A stretch of 63,504 nt of DNA, counting the filler. It is 9 parts of 9 records of this genome, joined end to end, with 100 filler letters (N's around TTAATTAATTAA, not from the genome) between each part and the next. Parts side by side here need not be neighbours in the genome. Positions count along the whole stretch, not along the records: positions 1 to 6,491 come from SRR20825010_5388; positions 6,592 to 9,794 come from SRR20825010_5391; 7 more parts are not named here. The stretch is one strand, 5' to 3'. The notes under the pieces were generated by a model. It had not been told where the DNA came from, did not search any database, and saw only the letters and a program-made list of their open reading frames with translations. Of this stretch, positions 1 to 8,661 are shown piece after piece. The position numbers were made by a program, and so were the translations under genes. Each line of letters starts with the position of its first letter. Position 1 is the stretch's first letter.

Positions 1-83
1 ACCCTCATCAGGCCTTCCTTTTCATAATGGCGCAACATGCGCTGCGTGATCCCGAGTCTCTCGGCGGCTTCCTTGGCCTGCAT
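1..83 (-). CDS. MerR-family transcriptional regulator, N-terminal fragment (runs off window start)
   Basis: Not in ORF track. Manual translation from ATG at 83 gives MQAKEAAERLGITQRMLRHYEKEGLMR, a typical MerR HTH (LRHYE motif), with AAAGGA RBS just upstream. Confidence 0.85.
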   Translation of the reverse strand, partial: MQAKEAAERLGITQRMLRHYEKEGLMR

Positions 84-185
84 GTCATTTCCTTTCCAGC
101 CAACCCTGACACATATGTAAATGCCTCAACCACACAACAAGTGGGCATCGGGCGGATGATCTGCATCCCCCAGCCCGGTTATCCC

Positions 186-950
186 TCAAGACCGCAGCGA
201 CCAGCCGCCATCCACAGTCAGGACCTGGCCCGTCAGCCACGCGTTTTCGGAGCTTCCCAATCGCAGGATCCAAGGTACGATATCGGCAGGCACCCCGCGC
301 CGCCCCAAAGGAACCTGAGCAGCTTCCTTTTGTTCGATCTGTTGGGCCATTTCATCTGGCAGCCCCATCATTCCGGTCAGGGCGCCGCTTTTAACCGGAC
401 CCGGCGCAATCGCGTTCACGCGAATACCGTCGCCGGCCAATTCGATCGCCCATGACCTGGTCATATGCTCCAATGCGGCCTTGGTGGCTGCGTAATGCGC
501 CAACATTGGTGCCGCGTTCTGCGAAACCGCCGTTCCGATATTCACGATTGCACCTCTGCTTTGGCTCAAGGCGGCATGGGCTGCCTTTACCAACAGAGAG
601 GGCGCCACGATGTTCACCGCGGACATATTCGCAATGACGTCAGCATCATAGGCCCCGACGGGAAGCGGTTGACCGGCGCCCGAATTGTTGACGACGAGGT
701 CAAGGCGTCCCCACCGGCCGATCGCCGCCTGAACGATTCGGGTGCCACTGTCGGCGTCAGCGCTGTCTACTTGCACCGTTTCAATCGGATCGCTTGCTGC
801 CGCCACCTCGGCAAGTTTTGCGTCGCTGCGTCCGGTGATCAACACCTTCGCGCCCCGTTCGGCAAGCGTCATAGCCGTCGCCTTGCCGATGCCGGAACTG
901 CCGCCGGTCACAACAGCGACCTTGTCTTGCCAGCTGGTACTCTGGGTCAT
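186..950 (-). CDS. Short-chain dehydrogenase/reductase (SDR)
   Basis: TGGSSGIG Rossmann motif, NNSG, YAATK catalytic motif, IRVNAIAPG, VDGG C-terminus. Confidence 0.93.
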   Translation of the reverse strand: MTQSTSWQDKVAVVTGGSSGIGKATAMTLAERGAKVLITGRSDAKLAEVAAASDPIETVQVDSADADSGTRIVQAAIGRWGRLDLVVNNSGAGQPLPVGAYDADVIANMSAVNIVAPSLLVKAAHAALSQSRGAIVNIGTAVSQNAAPMLAHYAATKAALEHMTRSWAIELAGDGIRVNAIAPGPVKSGALTGMMGLPDEMAQQIEQKEAAQVPLGRRGVPADIVPWILRLGSSENAWLTGQVLTVDGGWSLRS

Positions 951-1000
951 TTGATGTTTTCTCCTGTCTGCGAAGTTTCATTTCCATGATGAGCAGACAG

Positions 1001-1033
1001 TTCTAGCGGTTTGACACTAGTGTCAGGGTCAAG
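1001..1033 (-). promoter_or_regulatory. MerR-type promoter/operator for the SDR gene
   Basis: Minus strand reads TTGACC-CTGACACTAGTGTCAAACC-GCTAGAAC: a -35 box, an elongated spacer containing the perfect palindrome TGACACTAGTGTCA (1012-1025), then an alpha-type -10; a MerR gene lies downstream. Confidence 0.65.
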
Positions 1034-1064
1034 CCGTTTTTTGGATCTGATGGGAATTCTTGCG

Positions 1065-1249
1065 GGGGGATAACCCAAGCCTCAGTCGGCCAATTTGCGC
1101 TCTTGCCGATAGGACGGCACGGGGCTTCTTACCGCGAGCGCTCAAAGCAGTCGTTCACCGCGCCCTGCCCCCTCCGGCTGCATCGATTGCAGCCAAAGGT
1201 ATCGGGAACGGCTGATCTCAATACCGGCCAACGCCCAGCACCATCCCCC
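1065..1249 (-). ncRNA. Candidate structured RNA of unknown family
   Basis: Nested complementary segments 1065-71/1243-49, 1085-94/1223-32, 1106-11/1200-05, 1116-25/1162-69 and 1172-82/1188-98; non-WC positions are G-U on the minus strand. Confidence 0.4.
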
Positions 1250-1252
1250 GGC

Positions 1253-2152
1253 TCAAAACGCCGGCGGCTTCATTCCGTGGGCGCGCATGGCGGCGGTTAC
1301 CGTGTTGGCCATCAGCATGGCGATGGTCATCGGGCCGACGCCGCCGGGGACCGGGGTGATGACGGCTGCCACTTCAGCGCATTCGTCGAAGGCGACGTCG
1401 CCGACGAGGCGGGTCTTGCCCTCGCCCCGCTCCGGCGCATCGATGCGGTTGATGCCGACATCGATGACGGTGGCGCCGGGCTTGACCCAGTCGGCCTTGA
1501 CCATCTGCGGCCGGCCGACGGCGGCGACCAGGATATCGGCGTTGCGGCAGACGCCGGGCAGATCCTTCGTGCGCGAATGCGCCGTCGTCACGGTGGCGTT
1601 GGCTGCGAGCAGCAGCGCCGACATCGGCTTGCCGAACAGGTTGGAACGGCCGATGACGACCGCGTTGAGGCCGGAGAGATCCGGGCCGTGGGTCTGGCGC
1701 ACGAACAGCATGGCGCCGGCCGGGGTGCAGGAGATCAGCCCGCCCTCGAGATCGCCGGTCATCAGCTTGCCGGCATTGACGATATGCAGACCGTCGACAT
1801 CCTTCTCGGGCCGGATCGACTGGATCACCGGGTCGGCGGCGAGATGATCCGGCAGCGGCAGCTGCACCAGGATGCCGTGGATCTCGGGATCTTCGTTGAG
1901 GCTTGCCACCAGCGCCTCGAGCTCGGTTTGCGTGGTTTCGGCCGGCAGCGTGTGCTGCACCGACTTGAAGCCGCACTGCTTGGCCATGCGGCTTTTCGAG
2001 GACACGTAGACATGGGAGGCCGGATCGTCGCCGACGATGATCACGGCCAGTCCCGGGCGCGCGCCGGTCTGGGCCTCCAGCGCATTGCTGGCCGCCGTCA
2101 CCTGTTCCACCACGCCCGCCGCAACGGCCTTGCCGTCAATCACCTTAGCCAT
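1253..2152 (-). CDS. folD: Bifunctional methylenetetrahydrofolate dehydrogenase/cyclohydrolase
   Basis: MAKVIDGK start, [46 protein letters not shown] motifs; start moved to ATG 2152 with GAGGA RBS. Confidence 0.97.
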   Translation of the reverse strand: MAKVIDGKAVAAGVVEQVTAASNALEAQTGARPGLAVIIVGDDPASHVYVSSKSRMAKQCGFKSVQHTLPAETTQTELEALVASLNEDPEIHGILVQLPLPDHLAADPVIQSIRPEKDVDGLHIVNAGKLMTGDLEGGLISCTPAGAMLFVRQTHGPDLSGLNAVVIGRSNLFGKPMSALLLAANATVTTAHSRTKDLPGVCRNADILVAAVGRPQMVKADWVKPGATVIDVGINRIDAPERGEGKTRLVGDVAFDECAEVAAVITPVPGGVGPMTIAMLMANTVTAAMRAHGMKPPAF

Positions 2153-2245
2153 AATCCATCCTCTTCGATCTGCCGTCTCGCGGTCCTTATGGCCGCGCCG
2201 GAACAGGATCCCTCGCGCAACCCTACGAAACCGAGTGCAACGGCT

Positions 2246-2274
2246 GATAGCCTCTTTGCGTCCTCTGGTGTCAA
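2246..2274 (-). promoter_or_regulatory. Putative sigma70 promoter of folD
   Basis: Minus strand TTGACA (2274-2269), 17-nt spacer, GCTATC (2251-2246). Confidence 0.5.
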
Positions 2275-2295
2275 AATTCAAGCGGGGTGAGCCGG

Positions 2296-5200
2296 TCAGG
2301 CGCTGCGGCGGTGTGAACCGTAGCCATCGATCCGGGAGCGGAGTTCATCCATCTCGCGGCGGATGCGCTCGGCCGCCGCGTCGCTGCGGGGCGCAGGGAC
2401 AGGTGCGGGGGCCGGCTCGGCCGGCTGTTGCGGCTGTGCCTGGGTTTGGGCGTGGGGCTGGGGCTGGGCGACCGGCATTGCAGGCGCCTGCGGCGCGGCA
2501 GGAGTGACGGAAGGCATGACCTGCTGCTGCCAGGTTTGCGCCGGCGCGGGCGCAAACTGTTGCTGAACCGGATAGGGCGGCGGCGGTGGGTAGGCCGCCG
2601 GATATTGCTGATGCGGCATCTGCTGCTGCGAATAGGCGTGGGGCGGCAGAGGATAGGCCTGGGGCGGCAGGCCCGGCATCATCTGCGGCGGATAGCGATG
2701 GACTGCCGGACCGGCGGTATAGGCCGGCTGGTAGAGGGGGTATGCAGGCGCAGGGGCCTGGGCAGGCGCATGGGGATCGGCTGCATAGCCGGGATGATAG
2801 GGGTATGGCTGCGGGTGCTGAAGCGGAGGCTGGTAGGGCGCCTGTGCGGACGGCAAAGAGTGCTGATGGGGCGCGGGGGCCGGCCACCAGGCCGGCTGGG
2901 CGGGGCGCGGGTCCTGATAGACCGGATTTCCGGGAAAAGCGGCCGGCGCCGGCTGTTGCGGCTGGCCATGGCCGACCATGAAGGCTTGCGCGTTGCGGCC
3001 GGTGGCGGAGGCCGGGTCATGGCCCGCGGCAGGCGGCACCGCCGGAGCGGAGGCCCCGTTTTGCACGGCAGCGGCGCCGGACCGCGGCGCCTGTTCGCGG
3101 ATGGGCTTCGGGCGCAGCAGGCCAAGGCGGAAGGTTTCACGCAGGCCGTGCTTGCCCGCGAAGGGCTTGCTCTGCGCGGCGTTCTCCGCGACCGGCTGTT
3201 GCTGGCCGGACCATGCCCGGGCACCGGCGTAAGGCTGCCCCGCCGCGTCGGCGGCGGCGTCACGGCCGGCCATTCCGGCATCGCCAGACGGCCAGAACCG
3301 CTGGCCGGGCCCACCGGGAGGCGTTCGCGGGCCAGGCGACGGCGGCTGCGGGTAGCCGCCGGAGGCCGAACCCGGGAACCGGGCCTGGTCCTGCACACTA
3401 TTGTAGGCGCGGATGCTTTCGATCGCACCGGCGAGAAGCGCCAGGCCAAGGCCTGCGAGGAAGCCTGCGATCATGCCGCCGATTGCGATGAACTTGCGCG
3501 ACGGGCCCATGGGCTGGAGCGGTGCTTCGGCAGGGGAAATGACCCGGACATTGCGCGTCGACAGGTTGGAGCGCTCGCTGGTCTCGCGCGAGCGGGTGAG
3601 GAAGGCCTCGTAGATGCCGCGCGTGGCGTTGGCCTTGCGCTCGAGTTCGCGCAAGGTGACGAGTTCGACCGACTGGTCGATGGCGCGGCTCTTGGCAACG
3701 GCCATCTGGCTTGCCAGTTCCTGCTCGGTTTCCACCGCGCGCTGCAGCTCGGTCTGGGAGCTGGCGACGATGCGGCGCAGCTCGGCGCTGATCTCGTTGG
3801 TGATGGTCTCGAGCGACTGCATGGCGGCAATATATTGCGGATGGCGGGGACCAAGCCGGGTTGCGAGCGATTCCGCGTTTGACTTGGTCTGGGCGTATTG
3901 CTTGCGCAGTTCGCTGAGATTGGCCGACAGCAGCTCTTCGGGAAAGGCGCCGGAGAGGACGTCGTCGATCTTCACCCTGGCGAGGTTGTCGGCCTTGACC
4001 CGGATGCCGACCTTCATCGCCCGCGCGTTGGCGAGCTGATCGCTCAGCGCCAGGATCTCCTTGTCATCGATATATTGTCCGCCGACGCCGACCAGGCCGT
4101 TCTCGGCCTTGAAGCGCTCGACCTCGCGCTCGGCGGCGTCAAGATCGGCGCGCAGCGAGTTGATCCGGGTGTCGATGGATTCCGATGTCCGCTCCAGCAG
4201 ACTGGATTGCGCCTGACCTTCGGAATCGAGGTAGGTCTCGACGATCTGATTGGCAATCAGCGCTGACTTTTCCGGATCGCGCGTGTCGACGCCGACGATG
4301 ATGACGAAGGTCTTGGCATCGCGGCCAACCGACAGCGCCTCGCGCAGATTGTTGAGCGCCTTCTGTTCGCCTTCGGTCGTTGCATTCTTGCCGGTGAACA
4401 GTTCCCTGATCAGCGACAGGCCGCCGCTGATGCCGCCTGACGACATCGATCCGTTGAACTCGGGATCGCGGTCGAGACCCAGGTCAGCGATCACCTTTTC
4501 CAGAACGCTGGTCGACGACAGGATCTGCAACTGGCTGTCGGTGATCGCCAGCATGGCTTCGGTGGAAAGCTGCTGGTTGCGGATGTCGTCTTCGGTGACC
4601 CGGATCTCGCGCGGATCCACAAACAGCCGGCTTTCGGCATAATATCTGTGCGGTGTCGACAGCGCCATCAGCACACCGAGTACGGCTCCGGCCACGGTTG
4701 CCGCTGCGATCAACCGCCGGAAGCGCCAGACCGCCGATATCAGGATCGACGCGTCGAGCAGCGGCCGTGTTCCGTCCTCGAACGGGCCGCCGCCGGACGC
4801 GGCATGCCAATGGTAGTGATCGTCGCCATTGTAGGGGTCGTCGTGCGAGCGGCCCATGGGGCGATCTCGGGGGCGATCCCGGGGGCGATCGGAGGCAACG
4901 GACGGAGGCTCCGGCCGGGCCGTCGCCTGGGAATGGTTTTCCGGGCCGGGGCCCGGCTGCGCGTCCGCGACGGGGCGGACCGGGGCCGGTTCATCGGCGG
5001 CAAGACCCGCGTCGGCCGCACGGGGCTCTGCAGGCCTGGCCTCCGGCGCGATCGTGCCGATCAGGCGGGCGATCCTGTCACCGAATCTCTCGCGTCCGGG
5101 CGACGGCTGGCTGACCGCGGCAAGCTGCGGGCGCACGGCTGCTGGGCGCGGCGGTGCCGGTTTGGCGGCGGCGGATGCGAGCAGCGACGGGGCCGGCCGG

Positions 5201-5442
5201 GCCGGAGCCTGATTGCCGGGCTCGGCAAAGCGCGACGTGGAAATGCGCGCCGAGCGGCTTGGCGTGGTCAGAAGCGATGCATTCGAGGCCGACGACGCCC
5301 TGCCCGGGCGGGCACCGGCTTCCGGAAAGCCGGTCACGGGTTCGGTCACGGGTTCGGGCGCGGCCGGCTGCGCGTCGCGAGCATGGTCGAGCAGCGATCC
5401 GCGGCGGCCGCGGTGTCTTCTGTCTTCGGTGGAATCGCTCAT
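2296..5442 (-). CDS. GumC/Wzc-like polysaccharide co-polymerase lacking a tyrosine-kinase domain, with long low-complexity N- and C-tails
   Basis: TM1 ([17 protein letters not shown]), SQLQILSS...DPEFNG, coiled-coil periplasmic region, [16 protein letters not shown] and TM2, followed by a Pro/Gln/Ala/Tyr-rich tail with no Walker motifs. Confidence 0.85.
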   Translation of the reverse strand: MSDSTEDRRHRGRRGSLLDHARDAQPAAPEPVTEPVTGFPEAGARPGRASSASNASLLTTPSRSARISTSRFAEPGNQAPARPAPSLLASAAAKPAPPRPAAVRPQLAAVSQPSPGRERFGDRIARLIGTIAPEARPAEPRAADAGLAADEPAPVRPVADAQPGPGPENHSQATARPEPPSVASDRPRDRPRDRPMGRSHDDPYNGDDHYHWHAASGGGPFEDGTRPLLDASILISAVWRFRRLIAAATVAGAVLGVLMALSTPHRYYAESRLFVDPREIRVTEDDIRNQQLSTEAMLAITDSQLQILSSTSVLEKVIADLGLDRDPEFNGSMSSGGISGGLSLIRELFTGKNATTEGEQKALNNLREALSVGRDAKTFVIIVGVDTRDPEKSALIANQIVETYLDSEGQAQSSLLERTSESIDTRINSLRADLDAAEREVERFKAENGLVGVGGQYIDDKEILALSDQLANARAMKVGIRVKADNLARVKIDDVLSGAFPEELLSANLSELRKQYAQTKSNAESLATRLGPRHPQYIAAMQSLETITNEISAELRRIVASSQTELQRAVETEQELASQMAVAKSRAIDQSVELVTLRELERKANATRGIYEAFLTRSRETSERSNLSTRNVRVISPAEAPLQPMGPSRKFIAIGGMIAGFLAGLGLALLAGAIESIRAYNSVQDQARFPGSASGGYPQPPSPGPRTPPGGPGQRFWPSGDAGMAGRDAAADAAGQPYAGARAWSGQQQPVAENAAQSKPFAGKHGLRETFRLGLLRPKPIREQAPRSGAAAVQNGASAPAVPPAAGHDPASATGRNAQAFMVGHGQPQQPAPAAFPGNPVYQDPRPAQPAWWPAPAPHQHSLPSAQAPYQPPLQHPQPYPYHPGYAADPHAPAQAPAPAYPLYQPAYTAGPAVHRYPPQMMPGLPPQAYPLPPHAYSQQQMPHQQYPAAYPPPPPYPVQQQFAPAPAQTWQQQVMPSVTPAAPQAPAMPVAQPQPHAQTQAQPQQPAEPAPAPVPAPRSDAAAERIRREMDELRSRIDGYGSHRRSA

Positions 5443-5508
5443 GTCCGGCTTTGGCCGCCCTGGTTGGCAAAATCGTCGACTTCGTTAAGACAGGCTATAA
5501 ATTCATGG

Positions 5509-5523
5509 GTAACAAATGGTTAA
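5509..5523 (-). promoter_or_regulatory. CtrA-box-like site
   Basis: Minus strand TTAACCATTTGTTAC = TTAA-N7-TTAC (one mismatch to TTAA-N7-TTAA), containing TTAACCAT, in an AT-rich divergent intergenic region. Confidence 0.5.
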
Positions 5524-5709
5524 TTTCCAGCGAAACAGTTGGAGAATCGCCAGTTATTCCAAGGGGCCCGCCCCCTTGCCGCCGCGGCCGCTTTATGGCT
5601 GATCCGCACAAATTCCGCCGGCCCGAACGCCGAATTAACATATTCCCCGTATGATTTGATGGATGAAACGACGGGTGCGGCAGCTGCAGACGTCTTCCCA
5701 CTACGGTAC

Positions 5710-6491
5710 ATGATGATTGTTCGCCTGAGACATCTTGCTAGCGCCAACAGCACCCTGATCCGCGCCTATCTCTCGATGGTGGGGGGATCGGCTGGCCGGC
5801 TGGTGATCTCGCTCGTCTATTTCATCGCCATTGCCAACACTTTGTCGATCAGCGAATTCGGCCTGTTCGCCACCGCATCGGCCTGCGGCATCATGCTGTC
5901 GCGGCTTCTGGCCTTCGGCTTCGTCTCGCCGCTCTACCGGATCGCCACGGTCAAGACCCGGCTGCTCGGGGTCTACACCGCGGGCTTCCTGGGCGGCGTG
6001 GTGCTGTCGGCGCCGGTGATCGCGCTCGCGGCCTGGCTAACCCACGCGCTGATCTTCGCAGGCGAGATGCAGCTTGCGACCTTCGCCAAGATCATCGTCG
6101 CGGAAGTGCTGTGCTGGCGGATCATGGAGATCGCGGTCATCGTCAGCTACGGCACCAACCGCTTCGGGTCCGGCTCGGTGCTGGTGGTTGTCGCCACCGC
6201 GCTCAAGACGCTTGCCGCGGTGCTGTTTGCCTGGCTGGCCGATGCAACGCTTGCCAGCTGGGGCTGGTATTACCTCGCCGCCAACGGGCTGGCGGCCGTC
6301 ATCGCCATCGGGTTCTTCTATCCGCGGGTCAGGCTGCGCTGGAAGCCGGCGCTCTATATCCGGCGCTGGGTCGACGCGGTCTCGGTGGCCGGCGCCGAGA
6401 TGCTGTTCTATGTGCAATCGGAACTCGACAAGGTGCTGGTGCTTTCGCTTGGCGGACCCGAAACGGCCGGGATCTACGCCATCATCATGCG
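5710..6491 (+). CDS. Wzx-like polysaccharide flippase (3' truncated by contig end)
   Basis: Multi-TM protein; LANTLSISEFGLFA-like and ELDKVLVLSLGGPETAGIY segments typical of the MOP/Wzx family; divergent from the GumC gene. Confidence 0.8.
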
Positions 6492-6591
6492 NNNNNNNNN
6501 NNNNNNNNNNNNNNNNNNNNNNNNNNNNNNNNNNNTTAATTAATTAANNNNNNNNNNNNNNNNNNNNNNNNNNNNNNNNNNNNNNNNNNNN
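6492..6591. other. Artificial contig linker
   Basis: N44-TTAATTAATTAA-N44, stops in all six frames. Confidence 0.99.
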
Positions 6592-6930
6592 CTTGAAGCA
6601 GTTGTTGTAGAAAATATCGGCGAAACTGGTCGAGATCACGCAGCGAATGCCGAAGTCGGCCAGCGCCCAGGGCGCATGCTCGCGTGAGGAGCCGCAGCCG
6701 AAATTATCGCCGGCAACGAGGATTTTCGCATCGCGATAGGCGGGCTTGTTCAAAACGAAGTCGGAATTCTCAGAGCCGTCCTGATGGTAGCGCGCTTCGG
6801 CGAAAAGACCGGTACCGAGACCGGTGCGCTTGATCGTCTTCAGATAATCCTTGGGAATGATCATATCGGTATCGACATTGACCACCGGAAGCGGCGCGGC
6901 AACGCCCGTCAGCTTGACAAATTTTTCCAT
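6592..6930 (-). CDS. leuD: 3-isopropylmalate dehydratase small subunit (3' truncated)
   Basis: MEKF...[37 protein letters not shown]. Confidence 0.97.
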
Positions 6931-7026
6931 AAGGATGTCCTCGGCACGTTTATTGAGCTCGCCATCGCTCTATAGCGGTTTTACGCCGCTTTCAACGGAA
7001 AACTGTACCTTTTGGTACGGGCGCTG

Positions 7027-7055
7027 GAAAAACAAAGGCAGCCGCAAGGGCTGCC
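7027..7055 (-). terminator. Putative intrinsic terminator
   Basis: GGCAGCC/GGCTGCC stem (7037-43/7049-55) followed by TTTGTTTTT on the minus strand. Confidence 0.55.
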
Positions 7056-7087
7056 CGAAAAGCGATCGAACTGCGATATCGAACCTC

Positions 7088-7327
7088 TCAGAGGTCGATG
7101 ATCTTGCCCTTGCCGTCATCCCAGACGCGCATGCCATCCTTGCGGCGGCAGTCGCGGGTGCGAACCGGAACGGGCACACGGCTGAGCTTGAACGCCACCA
7201 TGCGCGCGACGGTCAGCACGGCGAGTACGCCGAGAAGCGCCAGTCCAACGGAAGCAGCAAAAACGGTCACGAAGGCCACGGCGGCCAGCCCGACAATTGC
7301 CATCACTACGGAGCGGAAATTTTCCAT
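7088..7327 (-). CDS. Small membrane protein (hypothetical)
   Basis: Hydrophobic hairpin followed by RVWDDGKGKIIDL; GGAAAA RBS before ATG 7327. Confidence 0.75.
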   Translation of the reverse strand: MENFRSVVMAIVGLAAVAFVTVFAASVGLALLGVLAVLTVARMVAFKLSRVPVPVRTRDCRRKDGMRVWDDGKGKIIDL

Positions 7328-7482
7328 TGTCAGTTTTCCTTTCACACTTTGTAATCTGGCGCGTCGGGGGCCGTTGCGCAAGAGGTGCCGACCATTTTGT
7401 CTCACTGAATGCTGGCGAAAACTCTGCAAGGCATTATTTTCAAGCACTGTTAAAACTAGTGAGTCCGGAAATTGTCAGGAAT

Positions 7483-8382
7483 ATGACCATGACATCCATC
7501 AAATTGTGGCGTTCGCTGCTGAGCGTGCCCGCCATCAATCGTCGCGCGCTGCAAAAGTCGAGAACGCTTGCCGCCGACGCGATCATCTACGATCTGGAGG
7601 ATGCGGTCGCGCCGGAGAAAAAGGCCGAGGCGCGCGAAAACCTGGAACGGCTCTACAGCGAGCACCGCTCCGAAGGCGTGACCGCGATCCGGGTGAACCC
7701 GCTCGACACCGAAGCGGGACAGGAAGACCTGAAGACCGTGCTGGCCTGCCGGCCGGATGCCGTGTTGCTGCCCAAGGTCGGCAATGTGGCGACGATGGAT
7801 GCGGCCGGCGCGCTGCTGGAGAGACACGGCGCGGCCGCGCGCATGAAGCTCTGGGCAATGATCGAGACCCCGGAGGGCGTGGTCAATGCCGCAGCCATTG
7901 CCGGCGCCTGTTCCGATGTTCGGGCCGGCGGGCGGCTCGAGGCGCTGATCGTCGGCGTCAACGATCTGCGCGCGGCGACCGGCGTGGCGCCATCGCCCGG
8001 CCGCGCCTATCTGGTGCCATGGCTGATGCAGACGGTGCTTGCCGCCCGCGCCTACGGCATCCATGTCGTCGACGGCGTTTATAATGATTTCGCCGATCAT
8101 GAGGGTTACGCGGCCGAATGCGCCGAAGGCGCTGCCATGGGGTTTGATGGCAAGATGCTGATCCACCCGAGCCAGATCGAAGCAGCCAACCGCCATTTCA
8201 GCCCGTCGGAAGAAGCCGTGGCCGAAGCGCGCGCGATCGTCGCCGCATTTGCAAAACCGGGTGCTGAGGCATTAAACGTCATCGATCTTGACGGCCGCAT
8301 GGTCGAACGCCTGCATCTGGAGCAGGCCGAAGTGCTGCTCGCCGGCGTGGCCGCCATTCAATCCACGAAGGAAACCAAATGA
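7483..8382 (+). CDS. CitE/HpcH-family CoA-ester lyase (malyl-CoA/citryl-CoA lyase-like)
   Basis: RSLLSVP, DLEDAVAP..K, IRVN, LPKV, MIETPEG, G.NDL, DGVYNDF, GFDGKMLIHPSQ. Confidence 0.92.
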   Translation: MTMTSIKLWRSLLSVPAINRRALQKSRTLAADAIIYDLEDAVAPEKKAEARENLERLYSEHRSEGVTAIRVNPLDTEAGQEDLKTVLACRPDAVLLPKVGNVATMDAAGALLERHGAAARMKLWAMIETPEGVVNAAAIAGACSDVRAGGRLEALIVGVNDLRAATGVAPSPGRAYLVPWLMQTVLAARAYGIHVVDGVYNDFADHEGYAAECAEGAAMGFDGKMLIHPSQIEAANRHFSPSEEAVAEARAIVAAFAKPGAEALNVIDLDGRMVERLHLEQAEVLLAGVAAIQSTKETK

Positions 8383-8585
8383 AACTCTATCGCTTTCTCA
8401 CCGGCCCGGACGAGTCATCCTTCTGCCATCGCGTCACCGACGCGCTCAACAAGGGCTGGGAACTCCACGGCTCGCCATCGCTGACCTTCGACCCACAGCT
8501 CGGCAAGACCTATTGCGGCCAGGCCGTCACCAAGGAGGTCGAGGGCAAGGATTACGATCCGTCGATGAAACTCGGCGAGCAGTAG
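8379..8585 (+). CDS. DUF1737-family small protein
   Basis: MKLYRFLTGPDESSFCHRVTDALNKGWELHGSP; ATGA overlap with the lyase stop. Confidence 0.85.
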   Translation: MKLYRFLTGPDESSFCHRVTDALNKGWELHGSPSLTFDPQLGKTYCGQAVTKEVEGKDYDPSMKLGEQ

Positions 8586-8594
8586 ACAGAAGGC

Positions 8595-8621
8595 AGGCTG
8601 CGCAATCGAAGCGCAGCCTTT
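8595..8621 (+). terminator. Putative terminator hairpin between convergent genes
   Basis: AGGCTGCGC/GCGCAGCCT 9-bp stem followed by a short T run. Confidence 0.5.
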
Positions 8622-8661
8622 CACGCCTCCATGCGCCATATTCGGGCCGTATTCGGAATGG

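Noticed and set aside
1065-1249. Naming the element as 6S RNA, SRP RNA, tmRNA or tRNA
   Set aside because: No SRP GGAA-loop motif, no tRNA T-loop/CCA, no tmRNA termini, and not the usual zapA-ygfA context; kept as an unnamed candidate
2153-2245. Possible folate/ZTP riboswitch in the folD leader (GCCGT-CTCG / CGAG-ACGGC stem; CCGTTGCACTCG loosely recalls THF-II)
   Set aside because: ZTP consensus elements are absent, the THF-II 3' element is not in register, and the predicted TSS would cut the 5' arm; an Rfam cmscan would settle it
4859-4892. 12-bp tandem repeat GGGCGATCNCGG
   Set aside because: In-frame coding repeat (DRPR) within the disordered N-terminal tail; not a CRISPR or mobile repeat
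6536-6547. Recurrent TTAATTAATTAA as a biological repeat or CtrA site
   Set aside because: Always centred in N runs; it is a six-frame-stop assembly linker
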